IMG/VR virus record: IMGVR_UViG_3300010373_000005
Location: 14,575 to 78,574 of that record
Reading direction: 5' to 3' (one strand)
Length of the DNA: 64,000 bases
Origin: a virus
Shown here one piece after another: positions 32,330 to 41,154 of this stretch. The translations under genes and the position numbers were made by a program. Below the pieces are notes generated by a model. That model was given only the letters and a program-made list of their open reading frames with translations, was not told the DNA's origin and did no database searches. How positions within the stretch are numbered: position 1 is the stretch's first letter; each line of letters opens with the position of its first letter.

Positions 32330-32712
32330 CTCCACTCCTCCTCTGCATACACATTGCATTGCAGCGGGCAGACTGTCGCCGGCGGCGGGTCTCCCGCTGC
32401 GTGATCAGCGGCAGCATCCAGTATACCAGACGGCTGCCGCGGTGTCCAGCCCTCTATGATTAGGGGGATGCGGATCGAGTACTTCGATTGGTCGTCCCAC
32501 GTGCTCATGATGCTGTGCACCTCATGGATCGTGTTCCTCGCCGTGTTGAACACTCGGACGCGGCGTCCGTTCTTCAGCGGCAGGTACACGCAGTAGTACT
32601 CGTCGTTGTCCTCCCACTCCCTGGACACTGAGTCGAACGCGTCCCATACGTCCTTCCTGGTACCTGACACGACCAACCCCTTCTTGGGCAGCTCCTTGTA
32701 GACTGCGACCAT
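32326..32712 (-). CDS. hypothetical protein (128 aa)
   Basis: Track ORF on the operon strand. Confidence 0.5.
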   Translation of the reverse strand: MVAVYKELPKKGLVVSGTRKDVWDAFDSVSREWEDNDEYYCVYLPLKNGRRVRVFNTARNTIHEVHSIMSTWDDQSKYSIRIPLIIEGWTPRQPSGILDAAADHAAGDPPPATVCPLQCNVYAEEEWR

Positions 32713-32713
32713 G

Positions 32714-32932
32714 CTACTCGCTCACTTTCGTCAGGTACTCCTCGGCCACGAACACGAACTCCCAGCTGCGGGCTCCGGCCCTGTTGCTCACTTTGTAGAG
32801 CACGCTGCCGCAGTCCACCTCGGCGCCCTTGATCACGCCCAGGTAGCTGTGCTGTCCCGGTACCCTGATGAGGACGCGGTCGCCCTCCGAGAACTTGAAG
32901 CCCTTCACCTCACGCATCGTCTGCGTCGCCAT
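32714..32932 (-). CDS. hypothetical protein (72 aa)
   Basis: Track ORF with a GAGGAGGAAG SD. Confidence 0.5.
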   Translation of the reverse strand: MATQTMREVKGFKFSEGDRVLIRVPGQHSYLGVIKGAEVDCGSVLYKVSNRAGARSWEFVFVAEEYLTKVSE

Positions 32933-33083
32933 GACACTTCCTCCTCACCGCAGTAGCGGCTCTCGCGGAATTGCGGCCGTCGGGCAAGCAGAGCTGCTTC
33001 ACGCCCTCCGAGCTCACGACTCGGTTTGGGCCTCCACAGATGATTGCCCTCAGGCCGTCACTCGACGGTGCTGACGACGAGGA

Positions 33084-33638
33084 TCAGATGCTCACCCCGG
33101 CGCCAGTCTTGCTGTACACCACCGTGAGGCTGAACCCGATCTGCAGGTTGCAGTGCTCCCTCAGCGTGTCCTCGTCACCGAGCTTCTTGCTGTTGGTGAT
33201 CGACAGGTTGAGTCCGGCCTGGACCAGGCACTTGTGGGTGCCGACCGGCAGGTCCACCTTGGTGCTGAGATTCCAGATGCACGAGCCCTGGCTGCTGAAC
33301 GTCGGCCACGCGGCGTAGTTCCGCCCGGCGATCTGCACCTCGATCGGTCCGGCGTTCGCCAGGAAGTCCTTCTTGGCGCACTGGGCGCTCAGCTTGTGGC
33401 CCATCTGTCCGTTGAGGTACCATCCGAACGAGCCGCTGTTGAAGTCCGTCTTCACGTACGCCACCATCGGGACGCCGTTGATCTTGACGTCCACGGGCTG
33501 GGCGTTCTCCTCGAAGTACTGCCTGGAGGTCTCGTTGGACGTGCGCTCCAGCTTGTCCTGCAGCTGCGGCGCCGTGGCGGCGTGGGCGACTGCGACGGAC
33601 GCGAGACGAGCGACGGTGGTCTTGACTTGCTTCGCCAT
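33084..33638 (-). CDS. hypothetical protein with an internal duplication (184 aa)
   Basis: Track ORF. Two similar modules: VKINGVPMVAYVKTDFNSGSFGWYLNGQM and VQIAGRNYAAWPTFSSQGSCIWNLSTKV. Confidence 0.55.
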   Translation of the reverse strand: MAKQVKTTVARLASVAVAHAATAPQLQDKLERTSNETSRQYFEENAQPVDVKINGVPMVAYVKTDFNSGSFGWYLNGQMGHKLSAQCAKKDFLANAGPIEVQIAGRNYAAWPTFSSQGSCIWNLSTKVDLPVGTHKCLVQAGLNLSITNSKKLGDEDTLREHCNLQIGFSLTVVYSKTGAGVSI

Positions 33639-33639
33639 G

Positions 33640-34060
33640 ATACTACTTCTCCACGGATTACCGGCTCCGCTGGGCCGTTCCGTCTACCGCACTGGCTGAT
33701 ACCAGTGTACGGCAGCGCGGGCCAGAGGAGCCTCAGTCCTTGTGGCTGAGGCCCCGTCGTGGTTCGCGCTCCCTGTGAGTCGCTGAGGTCACCCCCTGCC
33801 GGGCGCTGTACCGGTCCACCCGTCGTGCCGACGGGCCAGGGTCGCCGTCTCAGCCATCCGCCCCGGTACGCCTCACGGCGTTCCTCTCGCGGTCATGGCC
33901 TCCACGGCCGTCTACCAGGTTGTCCCTCCAGAGCGTGGCGTGCACCGCGGCCAGGTCTCCCTGTTGGTGGCTTACCGCCGCCGGTCTCTCGTGCCAGTCA
34001 CCGGGGACGGCGGCTCGGGTCCCCACCGCCAGGTGCCTGGGGTGGCGGGCCGCCGTTCTG
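33640..34060 (-). ncRNA. candidate structured non-coding region (about 420 nt, GC-rich, no credible ORF)
   Basis: It lies between the HNH stop plus a 150-nt AT-rich spacer and gene 33084..33638. Nested helices: acggcggc 34007-14 / gccgccgt 34049-56, enclosing ccgcca 34026-31 / tggcgg 34043-48. Hairpin: gcctcag 33730-36 / ctgaggc 33746-52. The motifs GGTAGACGG and ACAGGGAG each occur twice on the minus strand. Confidence 0.3.
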
Positions 34061-34209
34061 AAAATATTTTAACATGTCTGCACTGAATAAAAATTCAAAA
34101 CAGGTTTCTGCGTAAGTGGCGGTCGGTCCGATGGTTACATAGTGAACATTTGCTAACTAAGTTCAATAATTATTTAATTATTAACTCAGTTTTTAATTTT
34201 AACGCCTTC

Positions 34210-34761
34210 TTAGAGCTGGGATGCCTCAATTAGAGCCTTACACCTAATGATAATCAGGCGCACCCCACCGAGGCTCAGGTTATAGTATTCCGCGAGAGAC
34301 CTCATGGAGAACTTGTTCGTAGCGTAGTAGTTGTAGAGTTCAAGTTCTTCTTCCGGAGTGAGCTTGTGAGGGCGACCCTTCCCAGTAGTATACATATGCC
34401 CGGCCGCTATCGCATCTTTCATATTTGAGAGATGAGTGTCCCATCTCAAGTTGGTGATAGCGCAATTCATGGAATCACTGTCATTGTGGCAGGCTTCTAG
34501 TCCCGCAGGACATAAGCCCCTAAACGCCCTCAGCACTGCTACATGAACTCGAAGAGGGTTGGCAGAGTACATCCTGGCCGCTCTGTATTTTCCAATAGTG
34601 CTCTCCTCCACTCGTACTAACTCGTCGCCTTGCTCCCAGTCTACCCAGCTGCGACCGGCGACGCGGTTGTTCCAGATGGTCCACAACGTGCCGTCAGCAC
34701 GCGCAAAGAATCCTAGCTCCCCGGGTATGGGTCTTATTTCTACTCCGTCGTGCGTCAGCAT
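34210..34761 (-). CDS. HNH homing endonuclease (183 aa), low-GC
   Basis: CHNDSDSMNCAITNLRWDTHLSN (HNH_3-type) plus a C-terminal HTH-like tail. The gene is visibly AT-richer than its neighbours. Confidence 0.8.
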   Translation of the reverse strand: MLTHDGVEIRPIPGELGFFARADGTLWTIWNNRVAGRSWVDWEQGDELVRVEESTIGKYRAARMYSANPLRVHVAVLRAFRGLCPAGLEACHNDSDSMNCAITNLRWDTHLSNMKDAIAAGHMYTTGKGRPHKLTPEEELELYNYYATNKFSMRSLAEYYNLSLGGVRLIIIRCKALIEASQL

Positions 34762-34775
34762 CTCGTTCTCCTACC

Positions 34776-36665
34776 TCAAACAAACTTTCGCTTAGCGTCA
34801 TCAGATTTAGCAATAGCCCAGTTGGGACCCCAGCCGATGGCCGCCTTGATAGGCACCCTGAACGGCCGCGACGGGCTCTCGAGCACCTTCACTATCTTGC
34901 GCAGGAAGCGCTCGTCCTGGCAGAGCTCGAGCGGGGCGTAGCCCGCCACCTCGTCGTGCACCTGCGCGAACATCTCGAACTCCGGCACCTCCTCGGCGAG
35001 GGCGACCATCCGCTCCCGGCAGAGCTCTCCCGCCGTGGACTGGCACAGGCTCGGCAGGGCCGTGTGTGCTGCCTGCTCCGGCAGGTGCCTGAGCGCGCCG
35101 TAGTGGTTGCGCACCGAGCCCCTGGCCCTGCACGCGGCGGCCGCGCGCTCCCTGACCGAGCGCAGCTCCGGCAGGTCCGCGTGATACTTGTCGAATACAG
35201 CGGTGGCGCGGTACGCGCAGGCACGCTCGACCGCGGCACGTCGGGCCTCAGGTGGGATTGTACTGTCATTGACAATTTCATCCCAGATGGTCCCGACGAA
35301 CTTCTTGTTGATGGCCAGGGCGGCGATCGTCTTCTTCTTTCCCTGCCCGAACCCGATGGCGAAGTTCAGCGTCTTGGCCGCGTCGCGGCTGCACGGTATC
35401 GAGTCGGCGATCATCTGGTGGAAGTCGGTCCACGGGTCGTCCTGGTACATCTGGATGCACCGCCGGTTCTCCAGGTAGTGCACCAGCACCCTGTACTCAA
35501 CCTGCGAATAATCCGCGCAGATGATCCCGTAGCCCTCGGGAGCCTCGACCAGCGACTTGGCCGCGGTGTCGAACTGCTGCGGGTTGGGCTCGCTCGCGCT
35601 CAGCCGGCCCGTGCGCACCCTGCCGTTGAACGTCGGGTGCAGCCTGCTGTCGTCGGAGATGTGGCCCTTCTTCTCCCACGCCCCGACGAACAGCGACTGG
35701 AACGTGGACAGCTTCCTGTAGTCCAGGATGCCCTGCACGATCTCCGTGGGCGCGTCTGGGTGGTCCAGGTAGAGCGCGAGCGCGTCAGCGTCGAACGACG
35801 GCCCTGGCTTCGACATCGTGCCGTCCGCCCTCTCGCTCGGCTCGGTCCAGGCCAGCACCGGCAGGCCGAACTGGTTGCAGAGCACGTCGTAGCAGTCCTT
35901 GTTCGAGGTGGCCGAGAAGACCCGCCCGATGAGCTTCTCTAGCTCGTAGTCCTTCTCGAGCATCTTCTTGATCGTGTCAATGTGCGCTCGCTTGACCTTC
36001 TTCCGGTCGATGAGCATCCCGCGGCGCTCCATGTCGAAGAGCACGCGTTCGAACTTCTTCGACGTCTCCCAGACCTCGTCGGAGACCGCCGGGAAGTGCT
36101 GCTCCTGCCAGACGTCTAGCTTGATGTTCGTCCTCACGTCGACGCACGCGTACTCTGCCAGGATGTCCAGCGGCACGTCGCCGTAGTCCTTGGAGTCCTC
36201 GAGGTACGGGAGCATCGCGCGCCCGTACTTGTCGATGTTCTCCTCGAGCAGCTGCTCGGAGAGGACGTCGAGCCCGTAGCCTCCCTTGTAGATCCTGTCA
36301 GAGTCGATGAGCTTCGCCCGCGTGAGCGTGCAGCGCATCTCCCTCTGGAAGACCTCATTCAGGTCGTTGGCCGACACGTGCGCGTCGTACTTGACGTGAT
36401 GGTTGGTCCAGGCGGCGGATGCCCTGAGCACGTCGCCCCACCAGCCTGACATGAGCCGCTTCGGCACGAACCAGATAGGACTGTCGCGCCCGAACGCCAC
36501 CGCGACGCCTATGGCTGAGCAGTGGTGCCAGGGATTGGTCGACTTGAGCTTCGGGTCTCCAGACGAGGTCTCAAAATCACAGTATAAGTTTGGTATTATA
36601 CTTGGAACTGATGGAAGATCTCCATGAGTTTCACAAAGCATCCCACCAGATTCAAACTTTATCAC
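34776..36665 (-). CDS. polA: family-A DNA polymerase with 3'-5' exonuclease domain (629 aa)
   Basis: ExoI LYCDFETS; Pol motif A ICADYSQVEYRVL; motif B RDAAKTLNFAIGFG; motif C AQVHDEV. The C-terminus IGWGPNWAIAK is typical of a full-length PolA. Confidence 0.92.
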   Translation of the reverse strand: MIKFESGGMLCETHGDLPSVPSIIPNLYCDFETSSGDPKLKSTNPWHHCSAIGVAVAFGRDSPIWFVPKRLMSGWWGDVLRASAAWTNHHVKYDAHVSANDLNEVFQREMRCTLTRAKLIDSDRIYKGGYGLDVLSEQLLEENIDKYGRAMLPYLEDSKDYGDVPLDILAEYACVDVRTNIKLDVWQEQHFPAVSDEVWETSKKFERVLFDMERRGMLIDRKKVKRAHIDTIKKMLEKDYELEKLIGRVFSATSNKDCYDVLCNQFGLPVLAWTEPSERADGTMSKPGPSFDADALALYLDHPDAPTEIVQGILDYRKLSTFQSLFVGAWEKKGHISDDSRLHPTFNGRVRTGRLSASEPNPQQFDTAAKSLVEAPEGYGIICADYSQVEYRVLVHYLENRRCIQMYQDDPWTDFHQMIADSIPCSRDAAKTLNFAIGFGQGKKKTIAALAINKKFVGTIWDEIVNDSTIPPEARRAAVERACAYRATAVFDKYHADLPELRSVRERAAAACRARGSVRNHYGALRHLPEQAAHTALPSLCQSTAGELCRERMVALAEEVPEFEMFAQVHDEVAGYAPLELCQDERFLRKIVKVLESPSRPFRVPIKAAIGWGPNWAIAKSDDAKRKFV

Positions 36666-37213
36666 GGAAACACCAAATGAGTATACGATTGTCTACGAAC
36701 TAGCTTATAAATAACTATGGGCAACACGTTGTATTCTTCAGCAAGTCGTGTAATATCGTCACCTGCGGCGTGACGTTGGAGTATTCGCAATGCATCTGAG
36801 TCATGAAATAGAGCTCTCCAATGTCTACCGCCTTGATTAGAAGTGCCGCATCGACGTTTGTCAAGCTCATTTGAACTATGGGTATCCCATCTCAAATTTT
36901 GAATGCTGCAGTTAGTCTCGTCACCATCGTAGTGACAGCACTCTAAACCTGGAGGCTTGGGACCAACAAAGGCCTCTAACATCACGTGGTGTAAGTACGG
37001 TTGAACACCGTACATTGATACTACTAATCTATCTGAAGCCTTGTTGTATACCGTAACACACGAGTGAAATTCTTCTCCAAGCTTCCAATCTCTTTGTGGT
37101 TGAGCTCTCCATCGTTTATACCATAACGTCCATACTGAACCTTCTTCCCTAGCGAAATAGTGAGGGAATCTGGGGATCTCTCGTATCTCAAGCCCCTCGT
37201 GCAGCTCGATCAT
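36662..37213 (-). CDS. HNH homing endonuclease (183 aa), low-GC
   Basis: Track ORF trimmed to the ATG that forms an ATGA overlap (37210-37213). CHYDGDETNCSIQNLRWDTHSSN. Paralogous to 34210..34761. Confidence 0.8.
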   Translation of the reverse strand: MIELHEGLEIREIPRFPHYFAREEGSVWTLWYKRWRAQPQRDWKLGEEFHSCVTVYNKASDRLVVSMYGVQPYLHHVMLEAFVGPKPPGLECCHYDGDETNCSIQNLRWDTHSSNELDKRRCGTSNQGGRHWRALFHDSDALRILQRHAAGDDITRLAEEYNVLPIVIYKLVRRQSYTHLVFP

Positions 37214-37770
37214 CCGACCAGCTCCCTCCATTCCTCGAACCTCGAGACGTACGCGTCGATGACGTCCTTCCAGCATGACTGGTCGGACACGACTGCGTCG
37301 ATCCTGTACCTGAACTGCATGTCGCGCATGACGAAGGTCCCGTCGAGGTCCTCAGCCATCTGGTTGAACACGCTGTTCACCATGACGATGTGCTCGATGT
37401 CGTACATGTCGTCGCCCCTCTGGGCGTGCCTCTCGCGCACGGTCGCCTCGTCCGCAGTGACCAGCACGATGAATCCGCACGCCTCCCTGATCGCAGCGTC
37501 GACCAGGTCATACTTCAGAGGAGTCAGGCTCGACTCGTGGTCGTCGCACTTCCTGTACGCGAGCGCGTCGAGGTGGAACCTGTCGTACACCACGTGCGGT
37601 CGGATCATCTCCAGGTACCCGCCGTAGTAGTCGAAGCACGCGGGCGGCCGTGACAGGTGCGCCGCCATGTGCGGCAGCCCGCAGTCGTTTATCGCGGCCA
37701 GGGCCGCCCTGCAGAACGTGGACTTCCCGACTAAATCCCCACCACTGACTATAAGTATGATTTTACCCAT
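37210..37770 (-). CDS. P-loop nucleotide/nucleic-acid kinase-like protein (186 aa)
   Basis: Track ORF trimmed to ATG 37768-37770. Walker A: IILIVSGGDLVGKSTF. Its size and neighbourhood suit a dNMP kinase or a modified-base DNA kinase. Confidence 0.6.
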   Translation of the reverse strand: MGKIILIVSGGDLVGKSTFCRAALAAINDCGLPHMAAHLSRPPACFDYYGGYLEMIRPHVVYDRFHLDALAYRKCDDHESSLTPLKYDLVDAAIREACGFIVLVTADEATVRERHAQRGDDMYDIEHIVMVNSVFNQMAEDLDGTFVMRDMQFRYRIDAVVSDQSCWKDVIDAYVSRFEEWRELVG

Positions 37771-37819
37771 CCTTTCAAACCAGAAACTGTTAGTTGAAGC
37801 TCTATTCCAGTTGGAGAGA

Positions 37820-38038
37820 CTAACATGTCGGGTCTTCTCCTTCGTTAGTGACATTCTCGTCTGGTACCACGTCGCACGACGACGGGTCCACCCACCTCCA
37901 CTTCCCGGCCGCGTCCTTGAAGTGACCGCGACCGTCCTTGGACACGAACTGCACGCGCACCTTGGTGGGCCTGACGGCCCGATCCTCTATCTGCGTGGCC
38001 ACGTACCACGTGCGCTCACTTAGCATCAGTACAGGCAT
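37820..38038 (-). CDS. hypothetical protein (72 aa)
   Basis: Track ORF. The start is uncertain (38038 or 38026). Confidence 0.4.
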   Translation of the reverse strand: MPVLMLSERTWYVATQIEDRAVRPTKVRVQFVSKDGRGHFKDAAGKWRWVDPSSCDVVPDENVTNEGEDPTC

Positions 38039-39002
38039 TGCTTCTCCTCTGCATCAGGGGTGACCGTGGCGACCACTCCAGCGCGGGCCTGAGCTTGTTG
38101 CAGCACGCCCTGAGCAGGTCGGTCCCCATGCCGCCGAGCGCCTGCGCGCGAGCCTCGACCTCGAGCGGGTTGCCACCGTGGCGCAGGAGTGACTCCAGCT
38201 CGACCGCAAGCTTGACCGAGTCGAGCGTGTCGTCGAGCTGCCAGCCGTGTGGGACCTCTGTTGAGGTTCCGCTCGCCAGGGCCTCCCGAGCTCTCGTCTC
38301 GTTCCGCGCGTACAGGTGCATGCTGCCGACCTGGTGGTGGTACTCTCCCACCTGGAGGCCAAGCTCGCAGGCCACGACCCGCTGCAGGCACGTAAAGGCA
38401 AACACGTCGTACGGGAACCCGAGCCACGCGTCGTTCGAGCGCATGGTCGTGACGATGTGGAGTGCCCCGTCGCGGGCCAAGAACTGCAGGCCGAGCGTAC
38501 ACGGCACGTCCGCGCACCCGCCTGACTCAGCGACTGACAAGTCGTGTGGGTCCCAGAACTGGAGCACAGCCTGCCTGGAGAGCGAGGACTTCCTGAGCAT
38601 GTCGACGATCCGCTCGAGCGCGGGTCGGTCGTCAGGCACCTGCGACGTGCCACTGAAGTCAGTGGTCACGTCCCAGGCCGCGAACATCCGCGGGCCGTAC
38701 GCGCCGTACGCCGTGCCGTCCTGCCTGCGGTACTTGACATAGCTGGGGGCGTATTTCTCGATCATCTCCGTGCTGCCCTCGCCCGACATGTACCAGAGGA
38801 ACTCTGCCGCCGCGTACGACGGCGAGAGGTTCCTGACATCGTTCGTGAGGAACGTCCGCTGCTTGCTGGCGTCCAGCACGCCCTTGTACCCGACGACCTC
38901 ACCGCACACTGGGCCGTCACGAGAGTCTCTATTATTTGCGCAGTTCAGGAGCACGAACAGTAGGTGCTCCCACATGTTGTCGATGCTGTCGTAGATGCTC
39001 AT
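38016..39002 (-). CDS. ThyA-fold pyrimidine C5-modifying enzyme with the cytosine-type Asp: putative dCMP hydroxymethylase (or dCMP methylase) (328 aa)
   Basis: Gap-free alignment by eye to E. coli ThyA: [38 protein letters not shown] versus VPCTLGLQFLARDGALHIVTTMRSNDAWLGFPYDVFAF. The catalytic Cys, R-S and D are conserved. ThyA Asn177 is replaced by Asp, as in T4 gp42 (Asp179). ATGA overlap with the upstream gene. Confidence 0.75.
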   Translation of the reverse strand: MSIYDSIDNMWEHLLFVLLNCANNRDSRDGPVCGEVVGYKGVLDASKQRTFLTNDVRNLSPSYAAAEFLWYMSGEGSTEMIEKYAPSYVKYRRQDGTAYGAYGPRMFAAWDVTTDFSGTSQVPDDRPALERIVDMLRKSSLSRQAVLQFWDPHDLSVAESGGCADVPCTLGLQFLARDGALHIVTTMRSNDAWLGFPYDVFAFTCLQRVVACELGLQVGEYHHQVGSMHLYARNETRAREALASGTSTEVPHGWQLDDTLDSVKLAVELESLLRHGGNPLEVEARAQALGGMGTDLLRACCNKLRPALEWSPRSPLMQRRSNACTDAK

Positions 39003-40276
39003 GCTATCTCCTTCCACTTCCTGATGAGCCGGCCCGTCTTCGGGTCGACGTTGAACCTATGACACTGCTCCTGGCACTCTGCCGGGAACCTACCGATGTC
39101 GAAGTCTCGCGGGTAGTACTGCGTGACGTCGATAACCTTCTCGTCCTGACCAGACGTGTCCTCGCCCTCGAACACACCGCGTACGTGATCGTACCGGGTG
39201 GACCAGTCCTCGGTAGGCCCACCCCACTCGTCCTCCAGGCACTTCCTGCACATCTCCGCGATCCAGGTGGCCACGTCCGGCACGACGCCCTTGGCGATCT
39301 GGCTGAACGGGTCTGGCCCTACCGGTATCTCGCCCCTCCATCCCATGATGTCGGCCAGCTCGCCGACCGTGCAGGGCCGGTGCCACCACGGGTGGAGCAG
39401 CCTGCAGCAGGAGTTGGTGAGCGTCGGGGCCGCGCACATCCACGCCGGTCGGTGCACCCCGTGCATGCTGAACGGCATGTCTGACATCCGCTCGTCCCAC
39501 TTCGCCTTGAAGGCCGGTGACAGCTTTTCGTAGTCGTACTGCGCCAGCGTGTTGGCGTCCCACCCGCTGGCCATGTGCGGCAGCGAGTGCCACTCGTCCG
39601 CGGTCAGTTGCAGGTACGAGTCCTGATCGTACCCCCCGTCCCTGATCATCGGCAGCGGGTCGACGACATTGCACTCCCGGTGTCGCCTCTCGGAGATCGC
39701 GTCCCACAGCATCGGAGCGTGCTCCAGCATCGGCGGCAGGTCGACGTTGAACTGCCTGTCTCTGGGGTAGGCCACCTGGAAGTACCGCTTGCGATTCTGC
39801 GCGTTACCGAAAGTCCGGGCGTTCACGAACACGTGCGCGACCCGGTAGCCGTTCTCGATGAATCTTCTAGTAAAAGAATCCACGAGGGGCTTCCCTGTGC
39901 GGTAGGCCTGCTGGACAGACTCCCACACGATGAGCGAGAACTCGTAGGCCAGCCCGTAGTCGACCAGCTCCTTGACGTCCTGGCACTGCCTCGCCTCGGG
40001 GCCGTGACCGGTAGAGGACAACCCCGCCGTCACGTTCGAGAACGCGGTACATCTTGGATTGCCGTAGAGCACGTCGATCCTGCCGTGACCCAGTGCCACT
40101 GGCGCGGGCCACGCGCAGGCTCCATCAGCCGGTCGGATCACTGGCACCTTCCAGACCTTCTCCACTGTGTCGTCGCCCAGCCCGTGCACCTCCAGCTGGG
40201 CCTTCACGTCGAACACGTCCTTGAAACCTGCGGTCATCCCGCCGGCGAACACGTGGCATCCTAGTGCCTTGATCAT
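38999..40276 (-). CDS. DNA (cytosine-5)-methyltransferase-like protein with variant catalytic motifs (425 aa)
   Basis: Motif I HVFAGGMTAGF; motif IV GNPRCTAFS (usual PPC becomes PRC); motif VI IVWESV (usual ENV becomes ESV); motif VIII FGNAQNRKRYF. Confidence 0.65.
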   Translation of the reverse strand: MIKALGCHVFAGGMTAGFKDVFDVKAQLEVHGLGDDTVEKVWKVPVIRPADGACAWPAPVALGHGRIDVLYGNPRCTAFSNVTAGLSSTGHGPEARQCQDVKELVDYGLAYEFSLIVWESVQQAYRTGKPLVDSFTRRFIENGYRVAHVFVNARTFGNAQNRKRYFQVAYPRDRQFNVDLPPMLEHAPMLWDAISERRHRECNVVDPLPMIRDGGYDQDSYLQLTADEWHSLPHMASGWDANTLAQYDYEKLSPAFKAKWDERMSDMPFSMHGVHRPAWMCAAPTLTNSCCRLLHPWWHRPCTVGELADIMGWRGEIPVGPDPFSQIAKGVVPDVATWIAEMCRKCLEDEWGGPTEDWSTRYDHVRGVFEGEDTSGQDEKVIDVTQYYPRDFDIGRFPAECQEQCHRFNVDPKTGRLIRKWKEIA

Positions 40277-40905
40277 GCCAGTCTCACTCCCCGGCAGTGC
40301 GACCTGCCGTGCTCGTCGAACTGCCTGAGGGCCCTGTGCAGTGACTCACCGCACAGCGCGCACTCGTCTGTGGACCTGAAGTCATGAGGACTCAACTGAA
40401 ATTGACGATAGTCTGTCAGCACTCGCAAAAAGTTCGCAGGAATGTAATTGGGTCCTTTGCGACGCACACGAGCTTTTGAAGGATCATCTTCTTGTTTGGT
40501 CTTCGTCATGTTCGACTCGTGAGCTTCTACGAAGCCCTCGGCGAGCGGCAGGTCGAGCGTCACGGCCGTGCCCTTGATGACGTACAGGGCGTCGGCCAGG
40601 GCGTCGAGCGTCTCCACCTCGTCTCGCTCGGAGAGAGCCATCAATAGCTCCTCGATCTCCTCGACGACGAGCTGGGCACGGGCCACGCGCTCGTCGTCGC
40701 TATGCTCAACCAGCATGCGCTCGAACTTGTCGGCCAGGCCCTTCAGGCTCAGCGCCGACTGGTACAGCTGCTCGTCCACCACCTCCTTGAGCCTCGGGTC
40801 GGACAGCCTCTGGGTCGGACACACCTGTAGCTTCGTGTGGAAGCCCTTCACGCAGGCCATGGCGCTGTTGATACCGGTTACTATCTCGTTTCTGAGCTCC
40901 CTCAC
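40273..40905 (-). CDS. MazG-like nucleoside-triphosphate pyrophosphohydrolase (210 aa)
   Basis: VVEEIEELLMALSERDEVETLDALADALYVIKG shows the E-x2-E-E ... D-x2-D-x-L-Y all-alpha NTP-PPase pattern. Confidence 0.6.
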   Translation of the reverse strand: MRELRNEIVTGINSAMACVKGFHTKLQVCPTQRLSDPRLKEVVDEQLYQSALSLKGLADKFERMLVEHSDDERVARAQLVVEEIEELLMALSERDEVETLDALADALYVIKGTAVTLDLPLAEGFVEAHESNMTKTKQEDDPSKARVRRKGPNYIPANFLRVLTDYRQFQLSPHDFRSTDECALCGESLHRALRQFDEHGRSHCRGVRLA

Positions 40906-41153
40906 GGTGTCACCTCCCCTCTGTACTCGCTGGTCTGCCTCTCGCAGAACTCAGCTATGGTGAACAGGCAGTCGGCATCGAACGTCGACTGCTGTGCTGG
41001 AAAGAAGTTATACCTTCGCCAAGAAGCATACCACTTCACCTCTCCTAAGAAGTGACCGGTCACAGCTTCGACGTGCCAGGTCTTGGTCTTCTTACCTGCA
41101 TTCTCGTTGGCATGACTCACGTCCCTGAACAGTATGTGATCGCTCGTCTTCAT
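40902..41153 (-). CDS. hypothetical protein (83 aa)
   Basis: Track ORF with a 4-nt overlap to the downstream gene. Confidence 0.5.
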   Translation of the reverse strand: MKTSDHILFRDVSHANENAGKKTKTWHVEAVTGHFLGEVKWYASWRRYNFFPAQQSTFDADCLFTIAEFCERQTSEYRGEVTP

Positions 41154-41154
41154 G

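Noticed and set aside
33640-34060. A cobalamin riboswitch (the AGGGAGACCTGGCC segment recalled the 3' part of B12 elements) or a group I intron associated with the adjacent HNH gene.
   Set aside because: I could not find a B12 box (GCCACTG) or the conserved GGGAA/GGTG core in the right order. The flanking DNA polymerase gene is complete (its C-terminus is intact), so there is no split host gene for an intron.
38999-40276. An orphan restriction-modification system.
   Set aside because: No restriction endonuclease candidate is adjacent. The gene is embedded by ATGA overlaps in the nucleotide-modification operon.
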